Assembly: GCA_951406725.2 (NCBI GenBank)
Contig: OX597815.1
Coordinates: 144,460,001 to 144,524,000 of the forward strand
Reading direction: 5' to 3'
Length of the DNA stretch: 64,000 nt
Source: Octopus vulgaris
Lineage: Eukaryota
A model generated the notes under the pieces. It saw only the letters and a list, made by a program, of their open reading frames with translations, was not told the DNA's origin and searched no databases. Shown here piece by piece: positions 52,566 to 64,000 of the stretch. Within the stretch, counting starts at the first letter, position 1, and each line of letters begins with the position of its first letter. The position numbers were made by a program, and so were the translations under genes.

Positions 52566-52782
52566 CTAATAAATACTGCTTTTGGTGATGAGGTCACTTT
52601 CGAATTAAATGGCACAATCAACCGGTACAGTTGCACCAACTGGGAACCTGAGAATTCGCATATTATAGAGAAGCATCATTGTTAATCTATTCGGATTTAC
52701 AATATAGTGCGGATTATCATCAAAGGATTAATTGGACTATTCTTTTTTGACGGTCCTGCGATTACTCTCTCTTTTACTGTTT

Positions 52783-53152
52783 TACTTGTTTCAGTCATGT
52801 GACTGTGGCCATGCTTGAGCACCGCCTTTAGTCGTGCAAATCGACACCAGGACTTATTCTTTGTAAGCCTAGTACTTATTCTATCGGTCTCTTTTGCCGA
52901 ACCGCTAAGTTACCGGGACGTAAACACACCAGCATCGGTTGTCAAGCGATGTTGGGGGTGGGACAAACACAGACACACAAACACATATATATACGACAGG
53001 CTTCTTTCAGTTTCCGTCTACCAAATCCACTCACAAGGCTTTGGTCGGCCCGAGGCTATAGTAGAAGACACTTGCCCAAGGTGCCACGCAGTGGAACTGA
53101 ACCTGGAACCATGTGGTTGGTAAGCAAGCTACTTACCACACAGCCACTCCTA
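52783..53152 (-). mobile_element. Young full-length SINE family A
   Basis: CpG-intact copy nested in the transposase relic. Confidence 0.9.
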
Positions 53153-54758
53153 CAATTGGTTACATTTACTTGAACTTGCTGTGATAATCTGTTGCACCAA
53201 GCATTCAAGAGGACTTTGAGAATGGAGAATTTATTTCCAACAAGAAGGGGCACCTCCCCCACCCCCACTAATCCACTACCATAGCAATATAAAGGTCTAC
53301 CTTTTGCCAAATAGGTGAATTAGACAAAGAGGTTCAGTAGAATGTCTTTTGTGTTTACCGCACTTCACACCGCTAGACTTTTGTTATGAGTTTACTTAAA
53401 AGTTAAACTTTGTTATAAAACCGTCAACAAATTGAGGATACCCATCGAATGAGAATACGCACACATACCGAAGGAAATCTTTCTTGATGTTGGCGATTCC
53501 ATTGCTTCCTATAGTAGATTCAGATATATTGTGAAGATCATGTTGACTGGGACTTCTAGTTCATCCACACACACACAGTATTCACCCTTATGCTTATCTC
53601 AAAACACAGATGTACTTCTACCAGTGCACACACTACATTTCTTCCTCCTTTTTAAATCCCTTCCATAGAACTGCAGGCTCACTTGACTCCCTATCACCTC
53701 GTGCATTTTTTCTCTTTTCATAATTACTTTTCTTTTACATTCCTTTACTTTTCTTATGGTGAAGGACTAACGTCCAAAACGTTAAGACTGTTTCTCTTCC
53801 TTAAACAAATACAATGGCATGACAATGGCAGTGGAGACAAATTTGTAATATAGAGAGTTAGCTCTGATTTCAAGTTTTACCTCGTAAAACACTTTTCAAA
53901 CACACACACGCGTATACATACCTGCAACGTATACACACATACACATGCGCACGCACACTAATTTGAAATAAGAAAAAACAGTTTAGTTCCAGATTTTTTT
54001 TCAAAATACTTAATATTTCTTTACGATCTCCTGACAGTTTGTTCACTAAAATCCAGAAATACATTCTCAACGTTTTTTAGTCACATCTTCAGGATGAGGT
54101 AAAATTGGCGTATGTTACCGCCTCTTTCTAGAAGGCAAGAAGAACATAAAAACGGTGTAAAAATTACTAACAGAATATTCTAGCTTAGACGACACTTTCA
54201 GATATTTCCTCTTATATGGCAACAGCTTGAGGGGGAGTTTGAATGCAGGTTCTAGCCAGAGGAGCCACCACGTGGAGGCCTGCTTCTTCACTGGATGTAT
54301 AATCACCAGATGCTGACGTGTCTTCAAAGTGTTGATAATGTAAATATTTCGTTTAGTGCAAATATATTTCATATTATTTGAAAGTAAGTCGTCACACATT
54401 TTTAAAATTTTATATTTTATTCTAGGGCTTTATTTTATTCTGTAATCATCTAAGGCGTAGATAAATTAGGGGTGGTACACTGTGTGTGTGTGTGTGTGTG
54501 TATTGACGTGTCTATATGTGTATGTGTGTGTATGCATGTACGTATGCATCTTGGCATATGTGGGTAACTGTGTATATGTACGCCCGCATGTACTTTTGTA
54601 TGTATGTGTTTCTGTCGGTGTATGTATGTGTGGATGTGTCTGTGTATATGGGTAAGTGGGCGCGGTTATAGTTAATTGGGTCAGGATAATAATTTTTTAA
54701 AAATAAAACCAAAATCAAATCAAATACTTTATTCTCAACTCAGAATCCGACCTCGCCT

Positions 54759-54806
<48 letters not shown>

Positions 54807-55564
54807 GCACTCCTCTCCAACACGCAGGCACACGTATTCCCATACATCACATCTGCATATCTCACACAGTGACACTTCAACCAACAGCGACGTCTAGCTG
54901 GTGAACCAACGACACAGCTCAACTTAAAAGTAAGACAATCTTACTCAGCTCGCAAATCCATTCCAGCTTAAAAAGAGACAAAGTCACACACACACACACA
55001 AACACGCACACACATTAAATAAATGTAAAGAATCTCCGTCGGTTTCGACGATGAACATTCAGTTGTTTGATCGTCTGAATTGTCAGTCCATTCAACTGTC
55101 GGATATAAGTGACTGAGCATTTAACAAACAGGTCTGCCATTAGCGTAACCGACGAATGGAATCAGGTACAGGCCAACCGACAAGATTCCGCACAGTTTCT
55201 ATATCTCCGATTTTATTCACAGTGTTTGGGTCGTCCTGGGATTGTTTAAAAACAAATGGACCAAATCGCTGCAGAATGGGATCGAACCCGGTATCTCGAA
55301 ATGCAAACGAAAATGAGTTGGTTGCCGCTGGAAGGCCTTTATATCAGTTTCTCCTATGGAACTTGACACAGGACTGAACAACAACAACAACAACAACAAC
55401 AACAGCCATATAACAGGTTAAACTAGAAAATCGTTCAGTTAAACACATACACGCGCGCGTATACAACATAAGAATTTCAAAAACTTTTTAGCACTATAAG
55501 TCTATAAGAGATGCTTTCTCGAGATGATTACCGTAGTTTAAAAGACTTTCAAAGATTAGAATAT

Positions 55565-56097
55565 TACTATTTGTAAATCTCACAACGAGAGATATTCAGC
55601 AACAGTACTTTGGAGTAAAGATTATTTGCTAACATAACATGGCAGTCCTGGTAATTTAGGACAAATGTTGCTGTAATTTAGCCCCAGGAGAATCGTCTCC
55701 AGTTGGCTATACGACACGATCTGTGTCCTTATATTTTCGAACAAGGGAATCTAGCCAGCCCCCCCCCCCCATACTCAGCTCAAAACAATATGTGTAATTT
55801 TCTAATTTATAGATCGGTGACTTAGTCGTCACTTTGAAAATATATATTTCGAACGGGAATTTGGCACCGCCACCTCTAGCCGAACAATTATTGTGCTGAT
55901 GAAGGGAAATAACCCGGAAATCACGACACACAAATATTGTTTTGAGCTGAGTTGGGGTGCAAGATTCCCTTGTTCGAAAATATAAGGCCACAGATCGTGT
56001 CGTATAGCAAGCCGGAGAAGATGTCTCCTGGGGGCTAAATTACAGTAACATTCGTTCTAAACTATGACTGCCATGTTATATTGGCAAATAATCTTTG
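55565..56097. mobile_element. Inverted dimer of the 24185 family, with a hammerhead-like motif at 55891-55933 (+)
   Basis: Arms 55615-55790 and 55930-56097 are inverted; ttgtg-CTGATGA-aggg(aaataa)cccg-GAAA-tcacgaca-cacaa. Confidence 0.85.
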
Positions 56098-56814
56098 TTT
56101 TCAAAGATTTATCCGTTTTAAGTATGATACACAGATTACCATTATGAAGTAATATGATTCTGCTTCTATTACACCACACACACAAACGCATACACGCGAC
56201 GACAAAAGTTCCACGTAATCTGATCAACGGAACAGCTTGCTCCTGAAGTGGCTAAGCATTCCATAGCTCTCGGGGACATTCAATATGACACAGAATGGTC
56301 CTTTAAAATACAGGTACAACTCACTCTTGCCAGATGAGTGGACTGGAGCAACGTGAAATAAAGTGTCTTGCTCAAGGACACAATGCGTCGTTGGGAATCG
56401 AACTCACGACATTACGATCGTAAGTCGAATATCCCTAACCACTAAGCCACCGCTTTCATAAGTGCGGCTAAAGATGCAAATAACCACAATGGTGAGACGT
56501 ACGTAGGGAACAAATGATATAACCTTGTGTTTATTACAATTTCTCTCTCACTCTATTTCTCTATCACGCACACACTCACACACACACACATTAGATTTAG
56601 AAAACTAAAATATTAACAACAATAACGAAAGGTATGAATCAACGATAAAAGGCAGCTAAGAAGAGAGATATTTAAATGTCACAGCAGTTAAAAGGTTTCA
56701 CGTTATCTGCAGTAAATTAACAGACGATTTCTAATTAGACACTAATTGACATTCCAACAATACAGACATAAATACATGCACAATAGATATGTGTATGTGT
56801 GTGTGTGTGTGTGT

Positions 56815-57160
56815 GCACGAGTGGCTGTGTGGTAAAGTAGGTTGCTTACCAACCACATGGTTCCGGGTTCAAATCCCACTGCATGGCACCTTGGGCAAGT
56901 GTCTTCTACTATAGCCTCGGGCCGACCAAAACCTTGTGAATGGATTTGGTAGACGGAAACAGAAAGAAGCCTGTCGTATGTATATATATATGTATGCATG
57001 TGTGTGTTTGTGTGTCTGTGTTTGTCCCCCAGCCCCCAACATCGCTTGACAACCGATGCTGGTGTGTTTACGTCCCCGTAACTTAGTGGTTCGGCAAAAA
57101 GAGATTGATAGAATAAGTACTAGGCTTACGAACAATAAGTCCTAGAGCAGCTTTTACTTC

Positions 57161-57204
<44 letters not shown>

Positions 57205-57679
57205 CCATGGAGAAGTTTTGTAAATATATAAAATGTAAGCTTCTATACAGTTTCCGTGTACCAAATTTACTCACAAGGGTTTGGTCAGCCCGTGGTTCTA
57301 GCAGAAGACACTTACCCAAGGTGCCGTGCAATGAGACTGAACTTGAAACCAAATGGTCACAAAGCGTGCTTCTTATCCATAAACTGCAATGTACGAAGAT
57401 CTCGGCATTGAAGTCATTTTTGTAACGTTTTGCCGATTAAAATGTGTGTGTGTGTGTGTGTATTTCACGGATCGTGTCTAACGTGAAGAAATGTTCTTTC
57501 ATAAAACTTTTAGGCGCAGGCGTGGCTGTGTGGTAAGAAACTTGCTTCCCAACCATATGGTTCCTAGTTCAGTCCCAGTGCGTGGCACCTTGGATAAGTG
57601 TCTTCCACTACAGCCTCGAGCTGACGAAAGCCTTGTGAGTGGATTTGCTAGACTGGACGGAAACTGAAAGAAATCCGTC

Positions 57680-57717
<38 letters not shown>

Positions 57718-57890
57718 TCACTATTTCTTGAAAACTGGTGTTGGTTTGTTTACGTCCTCTAACATAGCAATTCGGTAAAACGAAACCAATGGAATATGCA
57801 CCAAGCTTATAATAAAAATAATAAGTACAGAGGTTAATTCATTCGACTAAAAATTCTCCAAGACGGTGCTCGAGTAAGAGATAAAAGATA
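56815..57890. mobile_element. Cluster of three family A SINEs (+, -, +)
   Basis: 56815-57145 (+), 57235-57385 (-) and 57513-57890 (+). Confidence 0.85.
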
Positions 57891-57939
57891 AAAAGTAAAA
57901 AAAGGGGAAAAAAAAGGAATGTACACTGACGTTAGTTTT

Positions 57940-59162
57940 GTTCGTGTTGGGGATACATTAGAAATGGATTTGAAGTCGGTGAACTGACGTCAGTAAAAGC
58001 TATTTCGTGGCCTCGAATGACTGAAGAATCCGAGTTTATCAAGGAAGCGCTTCTAAAATTCTTCAACTAAAGTGATATCAACGTGCCCTGATCTCTTGTG
58101 GCTGATATCATTTAGACTCTAAATTCTAGAGAGTTATTTGGGGTTAATAGGGTGAGAAGCAATAAAATGGGGGGATTGAAGGGGGTACATTAAACGGGTG
58201 GAGGGTGCAACTGTATAGTTGTTGCTGCTTTTAGTGGGGATTAAACCCTGTTCCGTTCCTGTTTAAGAAAATCTATGATAGAAAGCGTTCCAGTCGTGGC
58301 TTTCTTGCAGCTACGCTTATTATTTAAATGTAAGGATTTGAGTATGTATGTGTGTGTGTGTGTATGTGTGTGTATGTATGTATGTGTGTGTGTGTGTGTG
58401 TGTATGTTTGTATGTATGTAGTGAGTAAGTATGTGTGTGTATGTATGTAGTATGTGAGTATGTATGTGTGTAGGTATGTATGTAGTGTGTGTATGTGTAT
58501 AGGTATGTATGTATGTATGTATGTAGTGTGTGTGTATGTGTAGAGGTATGTATGTATGTATGTAGTGTGTGTGTATGTGTAGAGGTATGTATGTAGTGTG
58601 TGTGTATGTATGTGTAGAGGTATGTATGATGTTGTATGTACGTATATATGATGTGTATATGTACGTATGTATGTATGATGTGTATATGTACGTATGTATG
58701 ATGTGTATATGTATGTATGTATATCTGTACGCACACGTGTATATATATATCTTATGTACATATACATTATATGCGTGTGTGTGTTACATGTGTTATATTC
58801 ATACACGTATATGTATGACATATGTATGCGTGTGTCACATTTATTGTATTCATAAACATATATGTTTGCATAACACATATGTGTATGCGTTTGTGCTACA
58901 TGTGTTGCATTCATACTCATGTAACATTGCATAACACATTTATATAACATAAATATAACATAACGACTGCTACTGGCGAGTTCGGAGCTCCACAGACTAA
59001 GCATTTGATCTGTGTGGCATAATGCGATAAAGTGTTGCCCTGGTGAATTAGAGGTGGTTCAGCACTCGATTGAACTTGGAACGTCCACGACAGAACATGC
59101 AAATAACCACAATAGTGGGACATACCTAGGGAACAAATGATATACACTTGTTTTCATCACAA

Positions 59163-59220
<58 letters not shown>

Positions 59221-59665
59221 ACATCTCACTTCTTATAGCCTTATCAGAGGAAGCTCACACAGGACCTAAATATTCAACGCTGCTCTCTCGTAAGCTTTTC
59301 ATCAAAGATCTCTTTAATCAAGATTGACCTGGGACTAAACCACCACCACCACCACCACCAAAACAACAACATTTTTATCCCACTCTCATCACCGTGTTTA
59401 GTGTATCTCCTTCAAATCACTATATTTAATTACTTGCCATTTCATGCGCACTCCTCGTTTTAGTCTGTAATGGCACCCAAAATAACTAAGTGATATCACC
59501 CATAACAAGAGATCAGGGCGTGTTGATGTCACTTTGGTTGAAGAATTTGAGAATTTTTTCCCCTGATAAACTCCAAATCTTCAATCATTCGAGGCCACGA
59601 AACAGCTTTTATTGACGTCAACTCACCGATTTTAAATCACTTCTAATGCATTCCCAACACGAAAG
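57940..59665. repeat. Diverged ~175-bp inverted repeat pair (57940-58115 / 59486-59663) flanking a complex TG/TA microsatellite (58335-58930)
   Basis: For example tttcgtggcctcgaatga vs tcattcgaggccacgaaa, and gccctgatctcttgt vs acaagagatcagggc. Confidence 0.85.
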
Positions 59666-59716
59666 ACAAACAAATCTAACGTTGATATACATACAAAAGG
59701 CAACTTCTTTAATATT

Positions 59717-60348
59717 CAGGGTGTTCAAAACGTCTCTCCGGAGTGAATTCTTTTTTCATCCTGCACATGCGCAACATGGCTATCACTGCATGAGTGACCA
59801 GGTGTCAGCCATTGTCCCTTAGTCATTGTATACCCTTCAGCGTGTCGACATACTAACCATTGAAGAACGTAAGTTTTTAGTTGAATGGGTGTTTCGAGCT
59901 GGAAACAAATACACCGATACTGTGAAACAGAAGTTCAGTGAAACTTTTCCAAATAATGTTGTTCCACATCGTAACACTGTGCGGGATTTGATATGAAAAT
60001 TTAGAAACAGAGGCTCAGTGGAACACGCAGCAAGAAACGGTAGGCCTACTCTTCTTTCAGACGAAACACTCTCCAATATTTCTGATAAACTGTCGGCAAG
60101 CTCATCAAAGTCCTTACGCAAATTGTCACAGGAAACGGAAATCAACCCAAGAAGTGCTCACACGGCAGTAAAAAAGAAATTAAATTTTATGTATTGAAAA
60201 TGAAGGACGGCACTTTCAACACCCCTTATAAAAGTTTTTTTTTAAAGTCTTGTAAAGTCTAATATATTCCTTTGTAGTCTTATACCATCTAATGAATAGT
60301 TATTTGGCAATAAAATACGTATTGCGAAGAGACTTTTTGAACACCCTG
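59717..60348 (+). mobile_element. Internally deleted Tc1/mariner-superfamily element (DUF4817-type N-terminus)
   Basis: TIR CAGGGTGTTCAAAA..TCTCT / AGAGACTTTTTGAACACCCTG|TA. Translates LTIEERKFLVEWVFRAGNKYTDTVKQKFSETFPNNVVPHRNTVRDLI*KFRNRGSVEHAARNGRP...SLRKLSQET, fused to the C-terminal CIENEGRHFQH. Confidence 0.9.
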
Positions 60349-60969
60349 TATATCTGTGTATACATTCGCCCTTACATACATAAATGTATGATGATAAGAA
60401 GTTTACTTCCCAACCACATGGCTCTAGGTTCAATCCCACAGTGTGGCACCTTGGGCAAGTGTTTTCTATGATAGCTCCGACTGATAAAAGCCTTGTGAAC
60501 GGACTTGATACACGGAAACTGTGTAGAAGTCCGTTGTATATATGTGTGTGTATATATGTATTTGTTCTCCCACTCAATCACCGCTTGACAACCAATGTTG
60601 GTTTGTTTACGTCCCCATAAATTAGTGATTTCGCAAAAGAGTCCGGTGGAAGTGTCAGGCGGAGAGTGAATTTGTTTCATTGAACCCTTCAAAGCGGTGC
60701 CCCAGTATGGTCGATGCTTAATGACTGAAACAGAGAAAAGGGCAAAGATGAAAATATTTATATATATCATTTCTTTTGCTTGTTCTAGTCATTGGACTGT
60801 GGCCATACTGGAGCACCACCTTGAAGGCTTCATTCCCAGTGCCCCAATAATTACAGGTATAAACTTGAACTGGATAGATTAGCTGTAGATTCCTCAATAG
60901 TTCAGCGTAGGTATTCTCTTTTCACTTTAGTTTTATGTTAACATCCGCTTGTGTGTGTGTGTGTATTTA

Positions 60970-61812
60970 CGTGGTCTGATCAATAAGTATCCAGACTGTT
61001 GCCATAGCAACGAAGCTTAAACACACAGAGTGAAGTCGCCAGGAACAGATTGACCTTCCACTCTACTGTGCATGCACACTAGGTTTTAACGTTCTAGCTC
61101 ACTTCCACTGTTTACAGCAGTGCTTGGAAGGAACGTGTGTAGCGTGTGATCGTCGCAATGACGATGAAAGAGGAAGTTGAGCAGAGAATCTACATCAAAT
61201 TTTGCCAAAAGCTTGGCGATAGCTGCTCAGAGGCCTACGCAAAGATTTTAAAAAGTTTTCACCCCGGGTGTCTTTTTGGTCAGCTGAAAGCAGCTTTGGC
61301 ACAAACTGGCAGATACGCGTCTCATACCCAAATCTTCAGTGAAAACGGACTTAATTGAACCGTAACTAATCTGCACATCCTCTGATAACTCACGGATGGC
61401 AATTCAACGATTTCTCCTTACAGCTGCACGTACATCCGCGATTTTTTTCTCAGTTCTGCCGGTTGCGGGTCTCCAAGAACGTTCATCAAAATCGACATTT
61501 TTTTCGGCCATCTTGGAAACGTCTGAACCACTTGTACACTTGTGTGCGGCTCATGCACTCCTCTCCATACACTTTTTACTACTTTGCGCAGGCCTCTGAG
61601 CAGGTGTCGCCATAACTTTCTCTCTCATGGTTAATGCGACGATCACATGCTACACACCTTCCTTCCAAGCACAGCTGTAAACAGCGAAAGTGAGCTAGAA
61701 CGTTAAAACTTAGGACGCATGCACAGCAGAGTCCAAGGTCAATCTTTGCCAGGTGGCTTCATCTACGTGCTTTAGCTTCGTTACTATGGCAACAATCCAG
61801 ATACTGATCATG
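60970..61812. mobile_element. Palindromic mariner derivative built from two inverted left ends
   Basis: The plus arm encodes EQRIYIKFCQKLGDSCSEAYAK; the minus arm encodes VYGEECMSRTQVYKWFRRFQDGRKNVDFDERSWRP...FVPKLLSADQK. About 200 bp of terminal inverted identity. Confidence 0.85.
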
Positions 61813-61814
61813 TA

Positions 61815-62064
61815 TTAGATTAGTGCATAATTATTGCGGTTTTTTGTCAATAAATTCTATTCAACAAAAACAATAACAACATTTAATAAAAACATCTTTA
61901 AATGATTATTCCTGAGTATATTCAACATCTACTTCAATTACTGCTTCCAATTTTCTTGGCAGACGGTCGGAGTAATCATTTAAAGATGTTTTTGTCAAAT
62001 GTTATTGTTTTTGTTGAATAAAATTTGTTGAAAAGAAAGCCGCAATAATTATGCACCAACCTAA
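61815..62064. mobile_element. Mariner MITE with TTAGGTTGGTGC-type TIR
   Basis: TA|TTAGATTAGTGCATAATTATTGCGG ... CCGCAATAATTATGCACCAACCTAA|TA; internal minus-strand RLPRKLEAVIEVDVEY resembles a mariner C-terminus. Confidence 0.85.
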
Positions 62065-62408
62065 TATGTACGTGCGTGTGTCTGTGTGTGTGTGTGTGTT
62101 TATGTATGTAAGTGTATTTATGTATGTATGTGTGTGTATTAATGCATGTATGCATGTATATCAGACATGATCCACAACATTTTTATGATGACGTCATAGA
62201 TAAGAAGCCAAAGAAACTATTTGCGCATTGATTACATGTAGCATGTCTCCTAACATCTCAAACACATTCTTGTATATCTTAAGACTGACTGCAGTCTGCG
62301 TACACACACACACACACACACAAGGTGTGTGTGTGTGTGTAGACATGACGGTAACGCAAGTTTAAAACAACCGCATGATGTCAAATCAAAACTAGGAGAC
62401 AAGCAAAG

Positions 62409-62445
<37 letters not shown>

Positions 62446-62931
62446 TACGTGCGTGTGTGCATATTACTGGGGAGATGATGGAGCAGTGATTTGGCTATCA
62501 CTGGCGACCTCACCAACATGAGGTGTTACGGTTGAGGGTCGAAATACTTAAAGGCTATTCCATACCGTCCGATGACATCAATTCCTTCTGATCAAAGATA
62601 CATTCACCTCCGTTGAAAGTAAGAGAAGCATATTCTTTTAGGTGTTATTAATCCCGTGTGTGCAGCGCCGGATTAGGGCATCAAAGAAAAGGTGGGGCGG
62701 GGGTCACCACAGAAATGGTAAATGGTTGACGGCACAAAAATCATTTTAAACTTGCTAAAATAATATTTGAAGTGGTTTATATGATAAGAAATATAATTTC
62801 GATGTGTTCATAGTGTTATAGTGAGGATCAGATCAAAGACTTAAGTAGGAGAAAGCTTTTCAAATATAAATAAAGGTGAAAATATACATAATAAACGTTA
62901 TTTTCCATCTTAATATTAGTTTTGTATCAAG

Positions 62932-63755
62932 ACGGCGAGCTGGCAGAAACGTTAGCACGCCGGGCGAAATGCGTAGCCGTATTTCGTCTGCCGTTACGTT
63001 CTAAGTTCAAATTCCGCCGAGGTCGACTTTGCCTTTCACCCTTTCGGGGTCGATTAAATAAGTACCAGTAACGCACTGGGGTCGATATAATCGACTTAAT
63101 CCGTTTGTCCTCTCTGTGTTTAGCCCCTTGTGGGTAGTAAAGAAATAGGTATTTCGTCTGCCGCTAAGTTCTGAGTTCAAATTCCGCCGAGGTCGACTTT
63201 GCCTTTCATCCTTTTGGAGTCGATAAATTAAGTACCAGTTACTCACTGGGGTCGATATAATCGACTTAATCCATTTGTCTGTCCTTGTTTGTTCTCCCTG
63301 TGTTTAGCCCCTTGTGGGTAGTAAAGAAATAGGTATTTCGTCTGCCGCTACGTTCTGAGTATAATTTATGTCTCCTGTCCCCTTACGGGAGGCAAAATTA
63401 CCGTCTTTAAGTTATTCCCCTGTCATCTTACAGCAGTAAAAATAACGCTGTTTAAAAGCGGCGAGCTGGCAGAAACGTTAGCACACTGCACGAAATGCTT
63501 AGCGGTATTTCGTCTGCGGTTACGTTCTGAGTTCAAATCCCGCCGAGGTTGACTTTCGGGGTCGATTAAATAAGTACCAGTTACTTACTGGGGTCGATAT
63601 AATCGACTTAATCCATTTGTCTGTCCTTGTTTGTCCTCTCTGTGTTTAGCCCCTTGTGGGTAGTAAAGAAATAGGTATTTCGTCTGTTTTACGTTCTGAG
63701 TTCAAATTCCATCCCCTCCCCAAAACTTCGGGTCTTGTGCATAGAGTAGAAAAGA
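62932..63755 (+). mobile_element. Tandem multimeric young family B SINE array
   Basis: Repeated ~170-bp core-plus-tail units at about 62980, 63150, 63330 (truncated) and 63505. Confidence 0.9.
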
Positions 63756-64000
63756 ATATTAGTTTTGTTTCATTTTGAAAAATATAAATTTATTTTATGG
63801 TTTATTATTGTATATATTTTGAATTACATTTATATAGGAGTACCAAAATCTTTTAAGTGCTTAGGGCCTCTATGGGTCTTAACTTCGTGTGTGTGTGTGT
63901 GTGTGTGTGTTAAAATCGTTTTAAAACAGTTTTATTGTTTAGTTCAGAGGCAAAGCAATGTCCACGACCCCTCTTCAAGGACGTCGGAGACTGGCGAAAG

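Larger units (their letters stand above)
52085..53510 (+). pseudogene. Decayed Tc1/mariner-superfamily transposase (DUF4817-type HTH plus DDD/E domain)
   Basis: ITRIRDKFEADGTVQNDYKNRSGR...LNEGDPGRRVEFC...FGDEVTFELNGTINRYSCTNW...GLIGLFFFDG...QQEGAP...TPLDF; many stops, interrupted by a hAT MITE and a SINE. Confidence 0.85.

Noticed and set aside
52815-53173. Recurrent ORFs such as LLSVSVYQIHSQGFGRPEAIVEDTCPRCH
   Set aside because: Antisense translation of SINE family A, not a gene family.
58320-59004. 226-aa H/T/Y/I-rich ORF and similar ORFs over TA/CA repeats
   Set aside because: Translations of microsatellites.

Overview
AT-rich, microsatellite- and transposon-dense animal DNA. The SINE families look like those of coleoid cephalopods (probably Octopus); this is from recognition, not a search. 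Only one host protein-coding exon is supported: a 151-bp minus-strand ankyrin-repeat exon (4632-4782) resembling PPP1R27/PPP1R16/MYPT PP1 regulators, possibly extended 5' into an ATG-containing first exon. The rest is repeats: a 5S rRNA-derived copy with a SINE-like tail, four SINE families, and relics of Penelope-like, R4/Dong, CR1-like, Tc1/mariner, hAT and piggyBac elements. The most notable signal is about 14 type I hammerhead-ribozyme-like motifs (stem I-CUGANGA-stem II-GAAA-stem III-NUH-stem I') from at least seven unrelated sequence contexts. Several sit in tandem or inverted repeat units, and one lies downstream of a tRNA-like Pol III head. There is also a visible shift from CpG-depleted to CpG-retaining DNA near 35.5-36 kb, next to a CCAAT plus GTCACGTGAC motif cluster. 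Almost all ORFs in the supplied track are microsatellite or SINE artefacts. Repeat coordinates are by eye (about +/-10-20 nt).
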